Below the pieces are notes generated by a model that did not search any database, was not told where the DNA came from, and saw nothing but the letters and a program-made list of their open reading frames with translations. DNA of 32,000 nucleotides from positions 12,137-44,136 of the forward strand of contig DALYLM010000033.1 of NCBI GenBank assembly GCA_031976315.1, written 5' to 3'. The position numbers were made by a program, and so were the translations under genes. The DNA is from Coleofasciculaceae cyanobacterium CTOTU46674 (GTDB taxonomy: Bacteria; Cyanobacteriota; Cyanobacteriia; Cyanobacteriales; Coleofasciculaceae). Positions 27,523-32,000 of this stretch are shown piece by piece; within the stretch, counting starts at the first letter, position 1, and each line of letters starts with the position of its first letter.

Positions 27523-28485
27523 TTAAGTCCCCACACCAACAGGATCGACTTTTACCTTATCGCAAGAAGTTCCACCACTAGGAATCAACAACTCTCCTAA
27601 TTTTTGTCCAGCCAGAGGGCGCTTAATTTTGACCCGAAGTTCAGTTGCTAGCCCATTGCTACATTTCAAATTCATACTCTTGGCTGTGCCGGGACCAAAG
27701 GTTTTCTCATAAGCTTTTTGCACCTCTGCTAATGAGAGTGTTTTACCGATGTTTTGTGCAAATAAGGATCTGACATTAGAAGCATTAATTTCTTTGACTA
27801 AATCGATCGCAATATCAAAATAACCATCGGCATTTCTACCATCACAAGTCCCATGTTTATACCATTCGTGACGATCCAGATAAGACTTTACTCCCGGCAT
27901 CACTTTACTCAATTCACTAGCTGTTTCGGCATCAGTAGATATGGGAGGAAGATCTTTCCAATTTCCGGTTTCATCTTTCTTGATATCAGAAGCAGAAACG
28001 CCACAGTAGGACAATTTATCAGGCCACAAGCCGTGTAAAGTAAAGTTAGTGGCATCATAGCTAGTTTCAGTTTCATCAAGACACTCAACTTTGTTTGCGT
28101 GAGTCTCGCAGAAAGCGGGTTGCCAAGAGATTGCCAGTAAATAATTTTCAGAGGGAGTGGGTTTTGTCCCTGTATTATTGTTGTTAGGAGTTGGCTTGCT
28201 ATTGTCGCTATTTGTCCCTGTTAAAGTCAATTGCCCGCAGTTTTTATTGACCCATTTGTTAGCGCCATCAACTTTAATTGAAACGAAATCTCCGCCTTCT
28301 TTGTTTAAACCAACAGCTTGATAAACTTGACTTGGTTTAAGAGAAACTGGTTGGCTTTTAGATCTAATGCTGGTGTAAGCTTGACAGTCATTTATGCTAA
28401 AACGCCCTTGAATGGGAAAGTCAGCATAGCTGAATTGTTGTCCCAGTAGTAAAAAAGATAGAAAAAATGCGATGATAAACCTCAT
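27523..28485 (-). CDS. Secreted RNase T2-family ribonuclease with an N-terminal extra domain
   Basis: The catalytic motifs are 'FTLHGLWPD' (CAS I) and 'HEWYKHGTC' (CAS II). The likely start is Met38 of the ORF-track entry (ATG at 28485), which gives the signal peptide 'MRFIIAFFLSFLLLGQQFSYA'. Confidence 0.85.
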   Translation of the reverse strand: MRFIIAFFLSFLLLGQQFSYADFPIQGRFSINDCQAYTSIRSKSQPVSLKPSQVYQAVGLNKEGGDFVSIKVDGANKWVNKNCGQLTLTGTNSDNSKPTPNNNNTGTKPTPSENYLLAISWQPAFCETHANKVECLDETETSYDATNFTLHGLWPDKLSYCGVSASDIKKDETGNWKDLPPISTDAETASELSKVMPGVKSYLDRHEWYKHGTCDGRNADGYFDIAIDLVKEINASNVRSLFAQNIGKTLSLAEVQKAYEKTFGPGTAKSMNLKCSNGLATELRVKIKRPLAGQKLGELLIPSGGTSCDKVKVDPVGVGT

Positions 28486-28738
28486 GAAAACTATCCCTAA
28501 ATAAGAAAGGACGCGGTCAATATAGCACAGTTGCTTAACTAAGCATTTCTCCGTGTAATAATTATTCACAGCGGTTCCCGCTGTAATGCGGCACACTTAA
28601 TTGCACCTTAAACAATCCCATCAATGAAAAATTAAAGATTATAGCGCTAGATTGAGAATGAGGCGAGATCTGAGTCATAACTTTTCTCCACATTTGAGAC
28701 GGGCAGTGCAATGTGAGTAAGTCCAATATCAATTCTGT

Positions 28739-29428
28739 TCACTGTCTTATCCAATTATACAAAAATTTTCCGAGCCATGTCTTCACAATCGGGCTATATC
28801 GGCAATGTAAATCTATCTGAAAATCACCAGATTCCCTCCCATTACCCTCCAACTTATCTGCGGATTTACGATGCCATTTTTTAATGGTATTTTCCGTTAT
28901 CTCCGGGTGAAACTGTAACCCATATACATTATTACCATACCGAAAAGCTTGGTTTTCAAACACTTCTCCTCTTGCTAAAAGTACAGCATCCTTTGGCAAT
29001 TCAAATCCTTCTTCATGCCACTGATAAAAAAACATCGATTCCTCAAAAATATCCTCTCCTGCTAAAGTTGGCTGAAGCTGACAATAACCGATTTCGACTA
29101 AATCCTGTGGATGGCGAATAATTCTTGCACCTAATACTCGTGCCAGTAGTTGAGATCCCAGACAAATACCCAAAAAAGGTTTCCCAGAATTCAGGGCAAG
29201 AGGAATCCAATCCAATTCTGTTCTAATAAAAGAATGAACTGGATCTTCATTAGCACTAACTGAGCCACCAAATAGGATAAAACCATCAAAATTATCAGTA
29301 TGATAGGGCAGAATATCTCCAGCCGCAGGACAGCGAATATCTAACTTAAAGCCTTCCTCTTCAAGTAACTTACCAACGATACCCACATCATCAGTTATGC
29401 GGTGAATAATAAGCAAAATCTGGCTCAT
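28739..29428 (-). CDS. Class I glutamine amidotransferase-like protein
   Basis: 'PFLGICLGSQLLA' is the nucleophile elbow with Cys, and 'YGLQFHPE' provides the His/Glu of the triad. Confidence 0.8.
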   Translation of the reverse strand: MSQILLIIHRITDDVGIVGKLLEEEGFKLDIRCPAAGDILPYHTDNFDGFILFGGSVSANEDPVHSFIRTELDWIPLALNSGKPFLGICLGSQLLARVLGARIIRHPQDLVEIGYCQLQPTLAGEDIFEESMFFYQWHEEGFELPKDAVLLARGEVFENQAFRYGNNVYGLQFHPEITENTIKKWHRKSADKLEGNGRESGDFQIDLHCRYSPIVKTWLGKFLYNWIRQ

Positions 29429-29461
29429 GAGTACCTCAGCAAAATTACCGAAAAATCTCGA

Positions 29462-30436
29462 TTAATCCAACAACAATCCCTTCTCTGCCAACCATTCCCG
29501 ATTAAATAATCGCGACTGATACCGCGCCCCACCATCACAAAGTACAGTCACAATAGTATGTCCCGGTCCCATAAGTTTCGCCAAAGCTACCGCAGCCGCT
29601 ACATTAATTCCCACGGAACCACCCATAAATAGCCCATCTTTCTGCAATAATTGATAAACTACCCGAATACATTCCTTATCGTCAATTTGGATCGCATCAT
29701 CGATAGGCACTCCTTCCATATTAGCCGTAATCCGACTGTTTCCAATTCCTTCAGTAATCGAACTTCCCTCAATTTTAACTTCCCCTGTTTTGATATAACT
29801 GTACAATCCACTCCCCATCGGATCCGCAACAACAGATTTAACATTAGGATTTTTTTCTTTCAGAAACATGGAAACACCTGCAAAAGTTCCACCTGTACCT
29901 GTAGCCGCCACCCAACCATCAATTTTGCCATCAGTTTGTGCCCAAATTTCCGGGCCAGTAGTTTCGTAATGCGCTAACCGATTAGCTAAATTATCAAACT
30001 GATTTGCCCAAATTGCATTATCCATTTCCGCAGCAATTCTGCCAGAAAGTTTGACATAATTATTAGGATCTCGATAAGGTACAGCAGGTACTGGACGAAC
30101 TTCTGCACCCAAAGTCCGCAAAGCATCCATCTTCTCTTGAGATTGGGTATTCGGAATAATAATTAGGCTTTTATAGCCCCTCGCATTACAAATATGAGCC
30201 AAACCAATACCAGTATTACCTGCTGTTCCTTCAACCACCGTACCGCCCGGTTTAAGCAAGCCCTTTTCTTCCGCATCTTTAATAATATATAGCGCGGCTC
30301 TATCTTTTACCGAACCTCCCGGATTGAGAAATTCCGCCTTACCCAGGATTTCGCAACCTGTTTCATCACTGAAGCTGTTTAAGCGAATGAGTGGGGTATT
30401 GCCAACTGTACCGACAAAGCCGTTTTTGATATCCAT
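29462..30436 (-). CDS. PLP-dependent cysteine synthase family enzyme (CysK/CysM/CBS-like)
   Basis: 'GNTPLIRL', '[15 protein letters not shown]' (PLP lysine) and '[11 protein letters not shown]' are present. The length is 324 aa. Confidence 0.85.
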   Translation of the reverse strand: MDIKNGFVGTVGNTPLIRLNSFSDETGCEILGKAEFLNPGGSVKDRAALYIIKDAEEKGLLKPGGTVVEGTAGNTGIGLAHICNARGYKSLIIIPNTQSQEKMDALRTLGAEVRPVPAVPYRDPNNYVKLSGRIAAEMDNAIWANQFDNLANRLAHYETTGPEIWAQTDGKIDGWVAATGTGGTFAGVSMFLKEKNPNVKSVVADPMGSGLYSYIKTGEVKIEGSSITEGIGNSRITANMEGVPIDDAIQIDDKECIRVVYQLLQKDGLFMGGSVGINVAAAVALAKLMGPGHTIVTVLCDGGARYQSRLFNREWLAEKGLLLD

Positions 30437-30763
30437 ACTTTACTTTAAGAGTCCTGCTGTAGTTTTCTAGGATACGTCCTAATGGGTCAATAATTCAATA
30501 GGTGAGTGTGAGGTGTGAGGCGTGGGGTGTGGAGTGTGGGGGAGTTAGGCAAGTATCAGGAAAACGTAAATAGGAGTTCGTAGTAGGCGATTTATCGCTT
30601 ATTCTAAAATCAAAGTGATATTGTAATAATTATGCCATAATTGAGGAACAAAAAAGTAATCCTACTGACGCTCAAGCCTGGGGCGTGTCTTAAAACTATT
30701 CATTATTTTTCCAAAAATCTCAAACCATTACTATGTCTAGATGAAAACCTAATTTATGGAGAT

Positions 30764-31150
30764 TTATAATAGTTTGGATAATATATCTGGTGCGTTAGCT
30801 AATCCATTTTGATAATCAAGGCTAGTTACAATATCTTCTGCGTCAATACCTGCAGCAATTAGTCCAGAGCTTAACCCTTCCTCGAAGTTATCTTCTTCAA
30901 GAATAACTTGGCGATCGACCAAGCGAGCATGAAATAAAATAATATCCATCCAGCGCTCCTTATCCCAGCCTGTAGCCAGAATTAGAAAATGACCTGAATC
31001 AGTACAGTATCGCAGACAGGATAAAGTTGAATTGCCTGTAAGCGAGGTTGGGCTTGTTGCTGAGGAGATGGAAGTGGGTTTACAGTTTGATATTCGGGCA
31101 AGAAAAGATTTATTAATCTATATAGACGATAAACAATTCTCCTGAATAAT
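30764..31150 (-). pseudogene. XisI-like gene remnant (no in-frame start for the N-terminal half, and a probable frameshift)
   Basis: The frame of the 61-aa ORF stays open upstream to 31117 and reads '...HFLILATGWDKERWMDIILFHARLVDRQVILEEDNFEEGLSSGLIAAGIDAEDIV'. From memory, this resembles the XisI core. An N-terminal-like 'YRLYRLINLFLPEY' lies in another frame at about 31090-31135. There is no ATG before 30949. Confidence 0.35.
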
Positions 31151-31340
31151 TACGTTAATAATTAGGCTTGTGACTCAATTTATCATTATCTTCACGATCG
31201 AATTGAGATCTTTTCCCAGCTTATTAAGCTATACTAATCTTATCAAGTTTTGAGGCGATCGCAATATTTTACCTAGATTGGTTTGAGATTTAACCCCAGT
31301 GCAGCCTTAAACCGTAAAGATCGACACTACGGAGACAAAA

Positions 31341-32000
31341 ATGGTTTTTACCCTACAATTACGCCAAATTGATGTTTCACCCGGTCAATGTTTGACATTG
31401 CGCCAGATTAACTGGTCAGATTTTGAGGCAATTTTAACTGAATTAGGAGATCGTCGTGCCTCAAGAATTGCTTACTTTCAAGGAGTTTTGGAGATTAGGA
31501 TGCCATTACCAGAACATGAAAAAGCCAAGATTATGATTGGTGAGTTTGTCAAAATATTACTAGATGAGTTAGAAATCGACTGGGAGCCTTATGGTTCAAC
31601 AACATTTAAGTGTCCAGAAATGGCAGCCGGAATAGAACCAGATGATTGTTTTTATATTGCCAATTCGTCGCGGATGATTGGGAAAATTCGACTTAATCTA
31701 TCAATAGATCCACCACCAGATTTAGCTATTGAAGTAGATGTTACTTCCAAGACTAAAATTAATGCTTATATCGCCTTGGGTGTACCAGAAGTCTGGCGTT
31801 ATGAAGAAGACAAATTACAAATTTTTGTTTTACAGGAAGGAGAATATGTACAGGTAGAAACTAGCCCAACATTTCCCAATTTACCAGTAGTTGAGTGGAT
31901 TTCCCAGTTTTTGAAACTGAGTGAAACAGTAGGTGCAAGTGCAGCAAGGCGGAGATTTCGGGAATGGGTGCGTGAAGCACTAAACCTCTCTAACAAATAA
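31341..32000 (+). CDS. Uma2-family (DUF820) endonuclease
   Basis: 'WSDFEAILTELGDRRASRIAYFQGVLEIRMP', 'IEPDDCFYI' and 'PDLAIEVDVTSKT' are Uma2 hallmarks. The ORF is complete and its stop is at the window end. Confidence 0.8.
   Translation: MVFTLQLRQIDVSPGQCLTLRQINWSDFEAILTELGDRRASRIAYFQGVLEIRMPLPEHEKAKIMIGEFVKILLDELEIDWEPYGSTTFKCPEMAAGIEPDDCFYIANSSRMIGKIRLNLSIDPPPDLAIEVDVTSKTKINAYIALGVPEVWRYEEDKLQIFVLQEGEYVQVETSPTFPNLPVVEWISQFLKLSETVGASAARRRFREWVREALNLSNK

Noticed and set aside
28486-28596. 37-aa N-terminal extension of the RNase T2 ORF starting at 28596
   Set aside because: The internal Met at 28485 gives a canonical signal peptide. The extension has no such character.

Overview
This is a low-GC, cyanobacterial-type accessory or defence island. 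The taxonomic call rests on recurrent HIP1 palindromes (GCGATCGC, e.g. 939-946, 4151-4158, 8506-8513) and on Uma2, XisI-like and Rpn/DUF4351-type genes. The core is a type III-B CRISPR-Cas system on the minus strand, split into two parts. (a) The effector operon runs TM-CARF, cas10/cmr2 (no HD domain, GGDD intact), cmr3, cmr4, cmr5 and a cmr6-cmr1 fusion (11727 down to 4473). It is followed by a terminator hairpin, a ~210 bp leader and a 20-repeat array (2325-3778). (b) The adaptation module runs RT-cas1, a Uma2 nuclease and cas2 (25581 down to 22067). It is followed by a homologous leader and a 30-repeat array (19708-21859) with the same 36-nt repeat. No cas6 is visible. About 8 kb of cargo lies between the two halves. 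It contains a ubiquitin-like conjugation cassette (NYN nuclease, coiled-coil/TM protein, 65-aa Ubl ending in Gly, E2-like protein, JAB-E1 fusion), two toxin-antitoxin pairs and an Rpn-family nuclease gene flanked by a 157-bp multi-hairpin element. A second CARF protein is cut by the left window edge. The right end is ordinary: a HEAT-like hypothetical protein, a secreted RNase T2, a GATase1, a cysteine synthase family enzyme, an XisI-like remnant and a second Uma2. My best candidate for something new is the Ubl/E2/JAB-E1/NYN cassette sitting directly upstream of a type III locus that appears to depend on cOA signalling through a membrane CARF effector. All domain calls come from motif recognition by eye. 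No searches were run.
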